From positions 1-41,440 of the IMG/VR virus record IMGVR_UViG_3300002461_000793: a stretch of 41,440 nt of DNA; one strand, 5' to 3'. The notes below the pieces were generated by a model, which did not search any database, was not told where the DNA came from, and worked only from the letters and a program-made list of their open reading frames with translations. The stretch's first letter is position 1; each line of letters opens with the position of its first letter. This document shows positions 7,861-15,364 of this stretch, in pieces. The translations under genes and the position numbers were made by a program. This DNA comes from a virus.

Positions 7861-8195
7861 GCTCCCTCCCTTTTCTCAGACTCCCACTCCAAAAGGATGG
7901 CGGCTCCAGCATACACCATAGCCCCCAGCACCTCGTTGACAAACTCCGTTCCGACCTTGGTGGACGCCGCTTCCTCCAGCTTCTTGGCGGCCTGGCCAGT
8001 GAGAAACCCGCGGCCGTGAAGCTTGCCATAGTGGTGCCACGGCTGCTCCATGAAGGGGACGGTGTTGCCTCCGTGCCTCTGCCCCTTGCCGTACATAGCC
8101 TGGTTGATGGCGGCCATGAAGACAGGATACAGCGGGTGGGACGTCATGGCTTCTGTGGCGCCGTTGACGTCTTCAATCTCTTGACTCTTCTGCAT
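7842..8195 (-). CDS. Hypothetical protein (117 aa)
   Basis: Trimmed to ATG 8195, which has GGAGG 6 nt upstream. The motif YGKGQRHGG...FLTGQAAKKLEEA recalls helical phage nucleotide-hydrolase-like proteins. I cannot assign it. Confidence 0.6.
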   Translation of the reverse strand: MQKSQEIEDVNGATEAMTSHPLYPVFMAAINQAMYGKGQRHGGNTVPFMEQPWHHYGKLHGRGFLTGQAAKKLEEAASTKVGTEFVNEVLGAMVYAGAAILLEWESEKREGAWSTLS

Positions 8196-8838
8196 AGAGC
8201 ACCTCCAAAAGAACAGGGTAAGTAGCGAGCAAGACATCTCGGCATTTCTCCGCGATTTCGCGATGCTCCTTCTGCGTACCTGGCTCGCACCGCAGTTGAA
8301 CGTAGTGGATCCAACTCCGCACGGATCCGGCCATGTACATCCTGGAAGGCGTCATGCCCTCAGGCAGAACTGCTCTGGCCACCTCCTTGGCGACCCCAAG
8401 CTCAAGGGCCTGGTTGTAGATGGAGCTGGCGAACGCGGCAACGTCGCGCTGCTTGCGTGTCCACCAGTTGCCCAGCGCTTCGTCGTCATTCTCCAGTGAC
8501 CCCTGTCGGTTCTTGGTGTCTTGTAGCCTTGCCTCCCTCACTTGGTAGGTGTCGGCCACCTTCGAGTAGCGCTGGCTGAACTCCTGAAAGCTGAAGGACC
8601 GGTGGCGAAGGATCTGTCGGGCGATGTCTCTGGTCGTCTCGATGTACATCACCATGTGAGCCATCTCGAACGGCGACCAGTGGTTGTTGCGTGACATGTA
8701 CCCCAGCAACCTTTCTGCCGTGCCGTGGTTGTCCTGGTTCTCGGGGTTGGACACGCGAGCCACGAACGCAATGAACTCGAGTGGGAGCATGTCCGTGGTG
8801 GGGGTAGTCAAGGCCACCAGCTCGACGACCGGCTTCAC
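8173..8838 (-). CDS. thyX: Flavin-dependent thymidylate synthase ThyX
   Basis: ThyX signature RHRSFSFQEFSQRYS (RHRxxSxxxxSxR). Confidence 0.95.
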   Translation of the reverse strand: MKPVVELVALTTPTTDMLPLEFIAFVARVSNPENQDNHGTAERLLGYMSRNNHWSPFEMAHMVMYIETTRDIARQILRHRSFSFQEFSQRYSKVADTYQVREARLQDTKNRQGSLENDDEALGNWWTRKQRDVAAFASSIYNQALELGVAKEVARAVLPEGMTPSRMYMAGSVRSWIHYVQLRCEPGTQKEHREIAEKCRDVLLATYPVLLEVLYAEESRD

Positions 8839-9056
8839 GAGTCCACCCTTACCAGGCCGTTGATAAACTCGAGAAGGTCGCCCTTGGCCAGCGGGATGTC
8901 GGCCTTCTCAATGTCGACCTCGCTACGCTTGAGGCTATGCTTCTCCATCCATTCCTTCTTGACGGCGGTCGCGCAGGCCTGAGTTTCGGCGTAGTGCTTC
9001 AGATGATATACGCCGTTCTCATCGCTGATGGCGGCTGTGACTTTGTAGCAACGCAT
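8835..9056 (-). CDS. Hypothetical protein (73 aa)
   Basis: Trimmed to ATG 9056, 1 nt after the upstream stop. Confidence 0.5.
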   Translation of the reverse strand: MRCYKVTAAISDENGVYHLKHYAETQACATAVKKEWMEKHSLKRSEVDIEKADIPLAKGDLLEFINGLVRVDS

Positions 9057-9057
9057 G

Positions 9058-9516
9058 TCATCCCCTCCTGCTGGCAAGTTCGTTGGCGATCTGGATCTCG
9101 TCCACCACGGCCCAATCCTCGCTGAGGATATCGGTCTGGCTGGCCAGCCATGGCACCTTGGCGCCGTTGGGGTAGGCCGGATGGTAGAGCGGGTAGACCA
9201 TGTAGATGTAGGGCAGCGTCATGTCTGACTTCGAGTCCGGCTCGCGAAGCCGCAGCCACATGTACTTGCCGTTCCACCCGGACCTTGCCACGGAACGCCC
9301 TGTCTTCAAGGCCTCCAGCGCCAGACCAAAGGTCATCTGGTCGATGGGCATGTAGGTCTCCTCAAAAAGGTCGCCCGGTAACCACGCCTCGTGTCCGTCA
9401 CCGTAGAGAACGCGGTACCCAGGAGTGGCGGTGTCGTTGCTCCCACCCTTGGTGAAGCGAATTTCGCGGTAGGCTGAGACCACCTTGATCCCGATGTACC
9501 TCTTCAACTCAGACAT
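9058..9516 (-). CDS. Two-domain protein: N4 gp49/Sf6 gp66-like N-terminus plus DUF2829 (Tad2-like) C-terminus
   Basis: N-terminal YIGIKVVSAY...GYRVLYGDGHEAWLPGDLFEETY. C-terminal MTFGLALEALKTGRSVARSGWNGKYMWL...PYIYM...VPWLASQTDILSEDWAVV, the classic DUF2829 pattern. Confidence 0.8.
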   Translation of the reverse strand: MSELKRYIGIKVVSAYREIRFTKGGSNDTATPGYRVLYGDGHEAWLPGDLFEETYMPIDQMTFGLALEALKTGRSVARSGWNGKYMWLRLREPDSKSDMTLPYIYMVYPLYHPAYPNGAKVPWLASQTDILSEDWAVVDEIQIANELASRRG

Positions 9517-9542
9517 GAAACCCTCCAGTTTTCATTGCGTGG

Positions 9543-9574
9543 AAAAAAGGGCCGAGACCACTTGATCCCAGCCC
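9543..9574 (-). terminator. Rho-independent terminator candidate
   Basis: The minus-strand RNA GGGCUGGGAUCAAGUGGUCUCGGCCC forms a stem (with G-U pairs) followed by UUUUUU. Confidence 0.55.
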
Positions 9575-9591
9575 TTGCCGCCAGCAGCCGA

Positions 9592-9801
9592 TTAGGCAGC
9601 TTCCTTGATGTCGAACACCAGGTTCTTGAAGGTTTCCTTCACGCTCTTCTTGACCAGCTTGTCTTCCAGCCGGTCCAGAATCTGCGACTCCACGTCCTTG
9701 ATCATGCTCACCACCTTCTTGGTGGCGTCCTTGACGGCCGCGGCGGTTTGCTTTTCCACGAGGGCGGCGACGGCCGGGTCTTCCAGAAGCTTCTTGCTCA
9801 T
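9592..9801 (-). CDS. Hypothetical protein (69 aa)
   Basis: Trimmed to ATG 9801, which has AGGAGA 6 nt upstream. Lysine- and glutamate-rich, predicted to be helical. Confidence 0.55.
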   Translation of the reverse strand: MSKKLLEDPAVAALVEKQTAAAVKDATKKVVSMIKDVESQILDRLEDKLVKKSVKETFKNLVFDIKEAA

Positions 9802-9885
9802 TTCACTTTCTCCTGTGTTGTCCTGCGTTCCGCTCAATTGCGTACTTACAGTCGGATGGTTTTTGCGTCGGGACGTTCCCTCAGC

Positions 9886-9915
9886 TGGGCTCGATCCTAT
9901 CTAGAACCGAGCCCA
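9886..9915. promoter_or_regulatory. 30-nt imperfect palindrome / 13-bp hairpin centred on TCTAGA
   Basis: TGGGCTCGATCCTATCTAGAACCGAGCCCA. As minus-strand RNA it forms 13 pairs (two G-U) around a 4-nt loop. No U-tract follows. It sits just downstream of the wHTH gene stop. Confidence 0.4.
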
Positions 9916-9925
9916 CTGTAAATAC

Positions 9926-10216
9926 TTACGAGTCGTATTTACTCTTTCTGTTGGGCTTCGTATGCTCCGTGTAGCCCTCGTTCTTCCAAACTCTCGTGTC
10001 AGAGTCGGGCGTGGGGAACCACCAGCCGGTCCCATCCTTCTCCACCACTACGTCTACTGCCCGGTGGGCGCGAAGGTGGTGAAGGGCTGCAGAGATCTGG
10101 GAGGAGTTTCTTCCTGTCATCTTGACCAGCTGCAGAACAGACGTGAAGTCTTCCTTCCTTTCTTGGAGGGCTTCTTCTACGAGCATGGTGGTGGTAGGTA
10201 CTTGTCTACGCTTCAT
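9926..10216 (-). CDS. Winged-helix DNA-binding protein (96 aa)
   Basis: SVLQLVKMTGRNSSQISAALHHLRAHRAVDVV has an HTH-plus-wing layout. GGGGAG lies upstream of the ATG. Confidence 0.6.
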   Translation of the reverse strand: MKRRQVPTTTMLVEEALQERKEDFTSVLQLVKMTGRNSSQISAALHHLRAHRAVDVVVEKDGTGWWFPTPDSDTRVWKNEGYTEHTKPNRKSKYDS

Positions 10217-10281
10217 GATCTTACTCCCCAGAAAACAGGAACATGGCCGTGTCGCTCGTCAGATCCGCGATTCAAGCGAGG

Positions 10282-10410
10282 TTAACTAAAAACCCAGTTG
10301 AGCATCATTATGTAGTGGTCTGAGCAACAGACGCACATTGTTTCCCAGTAGACTTCGGAATACTGGGAGGCCTCAACACACTGGTCGTAAATGAAAAGAT
10401 TGCTGTGCAT
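10282..10410 (-). CDS. Small cysteine-rich ORF (42 aa, not in the ORF track)
   Basis: AAGGAG lies 8 nt upstream of ATG 10410. My translation: MHSNLFIYDQCVEASQYSEVYWETMCVCCSDHYIMMLNWVFS. It fills an otherwise empty 206-nt low-GC gap. Confidence 0.4.
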   Translation of the reverse strand: MHSNLFIYDQCVEASQYSEVYWETMCVCCSDHYIMMLNWVFS

Positions 10411-10422
10411 AATAGGATCTCC

Positions 10423-10668
10423 TTACGCGCGAACGAGGATGTTGGCCCTGCCGAACTTGTAGACGCGGTAGGTCTGGCCGGCGGTCACGTACTGCTTGAC
10501 GAACTTCGCGTCGCCCGAGACTGTCTTCTCGGTACCGGCGTACCAGTAAGAACCCGAGAACTTGATGTTCTTGCCGTCAGCCTCGATGGAGACGTCGAAG
10601 GACAGGTGGGTGATGCGCGGGCCGCGGCTGGTCTTGATCTGCTGCGTGACGGTGTAGGTAGCTTGCAT
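10423..10668 (-). CDS. Hypothetical protein, predicted beta-rich (81 aa)
   Basis: The ATG has GCTGAGGGA upstream. It is the first gene after promoter-like element B. Confidence 0.65.
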   Translation of the reverse strand: MQATYTVTQQIKTSRGPRITHLSFDVSIEADGKNIKFSGSYWYAGTEKTVSGDAKFVKQYVTAGQTYRVYKFGRANILVRA

Positions 10669-10708
10669 TTTCGTTTCCCTCAGCGTGTTTGGTCAGTCGA
10701 TGATATAG

Positions 10709-10750
10709 ATTCTACACGCCTCCTGTGGGGTTGTACACAACTATTTTCAA
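10709..10750 (-). promoter_or_regulatory. Conserved promoter-like element B
   Basis: Minus strand: TTGAAAATAGTTGTGTACAAC-N-TAGAAT. TGTACA (10737..10732), a 17-nt spacer and TAGAAT (10714..10709). Confidence 0.65.
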
Positions 10751-12807
10751 TATTTTTTGCTTGTCTTCTGTCTGTTGTTCCATCCGTCCAAGTGCTTCAC
10801 CACCTCTTGCAAGCTGGCGTTCAGCCACTTGTCCGGCTGCCTGACCGCGTAGTACCTACCTTGGCTGCCGTCTCCCAGCCTTACTGGCCTACCACCCGAC
10901 ACCTGATGCAACCCGGCCCTTGCCAGCTCGCGGCTCAGCCCATTGGCCGTGGTCCTGCCCTTGCCCTCAGGATCATACAAGGCCAGCAGCTCAGATGACG
11001 TGAACAGGTCCTTCTGTATCTTCACGTTGCCCACCTTCAGCACGTGGTCAGGGTTCCCCATCAGGTCCCGAACCCAACTGGCAAGATCAGACCTTACGAT
11101 CGTCGTCATCCGGTCCTTGGCCAGCGTCCTGAAGGCAGGAGCCGCCGGATTGAAGTCGCCAAGGTCCAGCTGCAGAAGGTGGTGGAACACGGCAGCGGCG
11201 CCACCTGAATCCAGCCATAGGTCATACTCGACGTAGAACAACTCGGACAACGGCCCCACCTGTATCTCGTGCACAAAGTGCCTGCGGTCGTCATCCTCTA
11301 AGAAGAACGAATCCGGGTGGTTGGCGGTGAAGAAGTAGTTGATGCAGTCGGGTATCTCGTAGGTAGGGATGTACTTCTTGTTCACCCGGATCTTCTGCTG
11401 CGTGATCAGCTTCTTCAGGAAGTCGTTGTCCTGCCGCTTGTCTGACCCGGTGATGTCATCGCCCATGATGAACTGCTTGCCCTCAGCCCATTCGTTGAAG
11501 GACCCGTGCAAGTCCGCTTGGTCAATCTCCGTGAAGTTCTCGCCATAGATCCTTCCAAGCGTGTACCCCACCAGCGACTTACCAGTGCCGTGGCGCACGC
11601 CGTGGAACAGAACCGAGCTGTACATCTTCACCCCTGGGTACTGCAGCGGATACGCGCACCACCTGAGGAACCATCTCTTAGCCTCTGGCTCTGAGCCGGT
11701 GAACAGGTGGTCAATCAGCTTCGTGAAGGGATCTATGCTCCCTGCCTTCGGCTCTGCTCCCCATCCAGGCCATGTGTTGAACATGTCCAGCTTCCCATGC
11801 ACGAACTTCTCTGCCCCCGGCTTGTAGGTGATCTTATGCGCCTCAGTCCTCAGCGGCCATTTGAGCCAGTAGGCTGCGGCCGACACCGGGTTGTAGCTGA
11901 CAGATCCGTCCTTCGTCAGCTTCCTCTCTTGGTACGTGACCGGCGCCTGCAGGTGATCCTTGAAGGCTGACGGGCTTGCTTTGAACCCAGTGACTTGGTC
12001 CACCACCATCCCTGGGTCTTGCACGTACACGTACCTCTTGTTCAGTGACCACAAGGGCTTGGTCAGGCCCAGAGGTTCGGCGTCATGCAGCAGCTTGGCG
12101 AACATGTCGTTGGCTGATGGGCCTGCGAACGTGAGGAAGTCATCCAGCCCCACCTTCTTGAAACCCTCCAGCGAGGGCAGGCTGACGATGTGCGAGAACG
12201 CACCCCTACGGGCCAACTCCTCCGACAGGTCATGCAACGCCAGGCACACCAGCGGGTTGGTGACGTAGTCCGAGTCGAAGCAGATGTACACGTTCCTTCT
12301 GGCCCAGTTGATGGGTTCAAGGCTTGGCAGCCACTCCAGACCCAGCTTGTTGCTTCTCCAGTTGTACACGCCACCAAGGCCCACGGTGGGGAAGCCTTCC
12401 TTCGAGGCCTTGGCTGCCTTCAGCTCACCCTCTGTCAGGATGATGGGCCTGTCCACGTCTTCCACCAACGTCTTCCAGTTGACGGTAGCTGGGTAGTAAG
12501 CGACAGGAGCCGTGTTAGGTTCCTGCACGTACCTCACCTCCTTCTTGTCTGTCATCTGGTCGAAGCCAGCGGGCCTTTCAAGATACCGGAGACGATAGAA
12601 CGGCTTGCCGCCGGGCCAGTCCGTGATGGGCTCGCCTGTGTGGCTCATGTACTCGATCTTGAGACTGCAGAGTGGCTTGAAGGACGAATGCAGCGCCTGG
12701 GTCTTCGGACCATCCAGAGGTACCAGGTGGAGGCGCTTCCCGTCTTGCGGGGTGAGACCAGAGGAGGCAAGCTTGGCCTCGTACAGGTCTTGCAGCTTAG
12801 AGGCCAT
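10747..12807 (-). CDS. Primase-helicase (Toprim-like domain plus SF3/D5-type P-loop NTPase)
   Basis: Toprim-like VYICFDSDYV. Walker A HGVRHGTGKSLVG. Walker B-like FIMGDDITG. AGGAGG lies upstream of the ATG. Confidence 0.9.
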   Translation of the reverse strand: MASKLQDLYEAKLASSGLTPQDGKRLHLVPLDGPKTQALHSSFKPLCSLKIEYMSHTGEPITDWPGGKPFYRLRYLERPAGFDQMTDKKEVRYVQEPNTAPVAYYPATVNWKTLVEDVDRPIILTEGELKAAKASKEGFPTVGLGGVYNWRSNKLGLEWLPSLEPINWARRNVYICFDSDYVTNPLVCLALHDLSEELARRGAFSHIVSLPSLEGFKKVGLDDFLTFAGPSANDMFAKLLHDAEPLGLTKPLWSLNKRYVYVQDPGMVVDQVTGFKASPSAFKDHLQAPVTYQERKLTKDGSVSYNPVSAAAYWLKWPLRTEAHKITYKPGAEKFVHGKLDMFNTWPGWGAEPKAGSIDPFTKLIDHLFTGSEPEAKRWFLRWCAYPLQYPGVKMYSSVLFHGVRHGTGKSLVGYTLGRIYGENFTEIDQADLHGSFNEWAEGKQFIMGDDITGSDKRQDNDFLKKLITQQKIRVNKKYIPTYEIPDCINYFFTANHPDSFFLEDDDRRHFVHEIQVGPLSELFYVEYDLWLDSGGAAAVFHHLLQLDLGDFNPAAPAFRTLAKDRMTTIVRSDLASWVRDLMGNPDHVLKVGNVKIQKDLFTSSELLALYDPEGKGRTTANGLSRELARAGLHQVSGGRPVRLGDGSQGRYYAVRQPDKWLNASLQEVVKHLDGWNNRQKTSKKY

Positions 12808-12835
12808 CTGAGAACCCTCCTGAGGCCAGGAGGAG

Positions 12836-12905
12836 CCGCCCGCCAGCCACTTGCTGAGGGTGGGAACGTGCCTGGAGGCCCAGGAGGGGACCAGCTGGCA
12901 GGCGG
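12836..12905 (-). promoter_or_regulatory. Structured GC-rich leader of the primase-helicase gene
   Basis: A 12-bp long-range pairing (12905..12894 CCGCCUGCCAGC with 12847..12836 GCUGGCGGGCGG, one G-U) encloses the hairpin CCUGG-GCCU-CCAGG (12884..12871). Confidence 0.35.
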
Positions 12906-12913
12906 CAGGTAAG

Positions 12914-12942
12914 ATTATACCTCAGTTTTCCACACATGGCAC
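12914..12942 (-). promoter_or_regulatory. Sigma70-like promoter candidate for the primase-helicase gene
   Basis: Minus strand: GTGCCA (12942..12937), a 17-nt spacer and TATAAT (12919..12914). Confidence 0.35.
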
Positions 12943-13326
12943 CCTCTCGATCGTAATGATGTCGTCTCCCAAAAGAAAGGTTGCGGCCTTGCCAGTGCTG
13001 TTCGCTCTGAAGACCTTCGACGCTACAGCTTTCGGCGTTTTTCCGAGAAAACCAGCCACCTCCTCGTAGTTGTTGAAGTAGAGAGATTCCTTCATGGACC
13101 GGCTCGTTACCTTGACGAGGCCCCAGCGCTTGGCTGCCGAGACCTTCATCTTCGACCTTGCGGTTTGACTCTGCTCTTCGTTCTGCCACCACTTTCCCCT
13201 ATCAGTTTCCTTGTTTTTCTCATTGATGAAAGACATGACTTCTTCCACCTCTGTTTTGAGTTCTTCATGCTGCTGTAAGCTTAAACTCAAAATGATGCGA
13301 TGCATTGAATCGGCGATGCTTGGCAT
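12922..13326 (-). CDS. Putative regulator: RHH-like N-terminus plus HTH-like C-terminus (134 aa); first gene of the leftward arm
   Basis: MHRIILSLSLQQHEELKTEVE resembles an Arc/CopG strand-helix. FNNYEEVAGFLGKTPKAVASKV resembles a NUMOD1-type HTH. GCTGAGGGG lies upstream of the ATG. GC content is low. Confidence 0.55.
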   Translation of the reverse strand: MPSIADSMHRIILSLSLQQHEELKTEVEEVMSFINEKNKETDRGKWWQNEEQSQTARSKMKVSAAKRWGLVKVTSRSMKESLYFNNYEEVAGFLGKTPKAVASKVFRANSTGKAATFLLGDDIITIERVPCVEN

Positions 13327-13639
13327 TTTGGACTTTGCCCCTCAGCTAGAAAAAGACGTCGAAGATCGTACAACATTGCTCGCTACAGAATATACACAAC
13401 TACAGTCCCTCCTATTCTCTATAACTCTCTCTAGTAATTATATATACTTATATATCTCTTCTTTTTCCATTCTAGAAGAATATAGAAAAATCTGTAGCTG
13501 TAGCAGGACAATGATCTTGGCCTGTTCCACTATTTTGTGGAATGTCGGCCCATACTGTGGGGAAAAAAGAGTGTACCGCCGAAAGAAAAGTGTTTACGAT
13601 CTTAATTATTCGTGCTTAGCAACGTGTGGAGTGTGAGAA
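13327..13639. promoter_or_regulatory. AT-rich divergent control region (candidate promoters, operators and origin)
   Basis: The longest non-coding gap, with a core near 13430-13490 that is very AT-rich. CTACAG occurs twice (13383, 13400) and faces a tandem CTGTAGCTGTAG (13492-13503). Confidence 0.5.
13561..13600 (+). promoter_or_regulatory. Rightward promoter candidate related to elements A-D
   Basis: GGAAAAAAGAGTGTACC-N17-TACGAT. TGTACC at 13572-13577 and TACGAT at 13595-13600, 40 nt upstream of the TerS ATG. Confidence 0.45.
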
Positions 13640-14002
13640 ATGGTGGGAAAGAAGTCATCAGGGGACGGTGAGAAGAGGCCGACGTCCAAAGCCGCGCTCG
13701 CCGCTGCCAAATTGGCAAAGGACTCGGGCCTTCTTCCCCATGAATGGCTCCTCAGCGTGGCACGCGGCGAAGCTGTCAAGCACAAGCAGTGGAAGATCGT
13801 GTACGACAAGAACGGGCAGGAGAAATCGAGGGAACTGGTCGAGGTCGAGTATTACGCCGACTTCTCCACAAGGGTGGACGCCGCCAAGGCTGCGGCCCCG
13901 TACTACGCTCCGAGACTCGCGTCTCAGGTCCTGAATGTGAAGGGAGGGAATGAAGCTGTGGCCAACGCGCTCCTTGAAATCGCCAACAAGTTGCCTGTCT
14001 GA
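13640..14002 (+). CDS. Terminase small subunit
   Basis: Position immediately upstream of TerL. LPHEWLLSVARGE and RVDAAKAAAPYYAPRL are typical TerS signatures. Confidence 0.7.
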   Translation: MVGKKSSGDGEKRPTSKAALAAAKLAKDSGLLPHEWLLSVARGEAVKHKQWKIVYDKNGQEKSRELVEVEYYADFSTRVDAAKAAAPYYAPRLASQVLNVKGGNEAVANALLEIANKLPV

Positions 14003-14004
14003 GC

Positions 14005-15363
14005 ATGGCAGCAGTTGTTGATCAGGGCCTCCAACTCTCTGCCAGACCGGCGGAGATTGCCCGTTGGTACAAGCTCAAGGAGCACCCCATCCAGACGGCG
14101 TTGGTCAATGACCAGGTCCGCTTCAAGGTGGTTCCTGCCGGCCGCCGCTCAGGCAAGACAGAAAGGGCCAAGCGCTTCGTCGTCCGCGAGGCGATGCGCA
14201 CCCCAGCCCCGTACTTCGTCGCAGCTCCCACCCGAGACCAGGTCAAGCGGATCTACTGGGAAGACCTGAAGCTTCTGACGTTCTCGTCGCTGCACAAAGA
14301 GCCGCCTCGTGAGAGCACGCTCATCATCTATCTGCCCAACGGTTCCACCATCTCGCTGATTGGTCTTGACCAGCCGCAGCGGATGGAAGGTGTGTACTGG
14401 GGCGGAGGCATCGTCGACGAGATCGCAGACACCAAGGCCACCGCCTGGGAAGAGAACATCTCGCCTGCCCTCGACACCTTCAACCCCAGCGCGCCTGACT
14501 TCAGGGCGTGGTGCTGGTTGATCGGTGTGCCTGAAGGCCTGAACCACTACTACGATATCGCTGAGTACGCCAAGACGTCGGGCGATCCTCAGTGGAAGTT
14601 CTACACGTGGAAGAGCGCGGATATCCTGCCGCCTGACGTTATCGAGGCCGCCAAACGGCGCATGTCTCCCCGCCAGTACCGGCAGGAATACGAGGCCAGC
14701 TTCGAGACCGCAGCAGGTAGGATCTACGAGGACTACGGTCCCGAGAACGCGACGAACGAGGTGATCCAGAGCCATGAGCCTCTTCTTTGGTTTCATGATT
14801 TCAACTTTAGCCCTCTCAGCTCTGGTATCGGTGTACGCCGCGGCGACAACCTCTTTGTGCTGGATGAAATCATACTCTTCTCCGCCATCTCGAGGCAGTC
14901 GGCCTTCGAGTTCGTTGACAAGTTCCGCAACCATGGAAACAAGACGGTCGTGGTTTACGGCGATCCCGCAGGTCGTGCTGGTGAGAAGCACGGCCACTTC
15001 TCGGACTACACGGAGATGGAGCACGTGCTCCGTCAGAACGGATGGACAGTCGAGCGCCGTGTCAAGGCGGCGGCACCTGCGATCCGCGACAGGCAGAACG
15101 CGGTCAGGGCCAAGATTAACTCGGCCAACGGCGAGCGGTCGCTGTTTGTAAACACGACCAAGGCTCGGTACCTGCACAAAGGCCTGTCGACGGTGCAGCT
15201 CAAGGAAGGATCCTCGTTCTTGGAGGAGGTATCGGACTTCCAGCACATCACCACTGCTGTGGGGTACATGATCGACTACGAGTGGCCGGTTGTGCATCGT
15301 TCTCAGCCCGTCGAGCCTGTTATCCCCGTGCCCAACGTCAGCCCCATTGCGAGGAAGCGGTAG
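14005..15363 (+). CDS. Terminase large subunit
   Basis: Walker A-like PAGRRSGKT. Walker B-like GGIVDEIAD. C-terminal nuclease-like region. Its size and position fit TerL. Confidence 0.9.
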   Translation: MAAVVDQGLQLSARPAEIARWYKLKEHPIQTALVNDQVRFKVVPAGRRSGKTERAKRFVVREAMRTPAPYFVAAPTRDQVKRIYWEDLKLLTFSSLHKEPPRESTLIIYLPNGSTISLIGLDQPQRMEGVYWGGGIVDEIADTKATAWEENISPALDTFNPSAPDFRAWCWLIGVPEGLNHYYDIAEYAKTSGDPQWKFYTWKSADILPPDVIEAAKRRMSPRQYRQEYEASFETAAGRIYEDYGPENATNEVIQSHEPLLWFHDFNFSPLSSGIGVRRGDNLFVLDEIILFSAISRQSAFEFVDKFRNHGNKTVVVYGDPAGRAGEKHGHFSDYTEMEHVLRQNGWTVERRVKAAAPAIRDRQNAVRAKINSANGERSLFVNTTKARYLHKGLSTVQLKEGSSFLEEVSDFQHITTAVGYMIDYEWPVVHRSQPVEPVIPVPNVSPIARKR

Positions 15364-15364
15364 C

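Noticed and set aside
9886-9915. A tRNA-like or T-arm-like hairpin (GGTTC...GATCGAGCCC).
   Set aside because: It is only a single long stem with a 4-nt loop. There are no acceptor, D or anticodon arms and no GTTCGAATC-type T-loop. I saw no tRNA anywhere in the window.
13383-13420. A leftward copy of the conserved promoter element in the control region (minus strand AGTTGTGTATA ... TACGAT).
   Set aside because: It resembles the TGTGTACAA block, but the spacing to the only plausible -10 is 20 nt instead of the invariant 17. It is kept only as part of the control-region finding.
13211-13636. A 141-aa plus-strand ORF spanning the AT-rich control region, and the minus-strand ORF 13606..13809.
   Set aside because: The sequence is low-complexity, rich in Ser, Leu and Cys, with no SD. 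It overlaps the start of the 12922..13326 gene in antisense and runs through the promoter-like region. It is best explained as a chance open frame.
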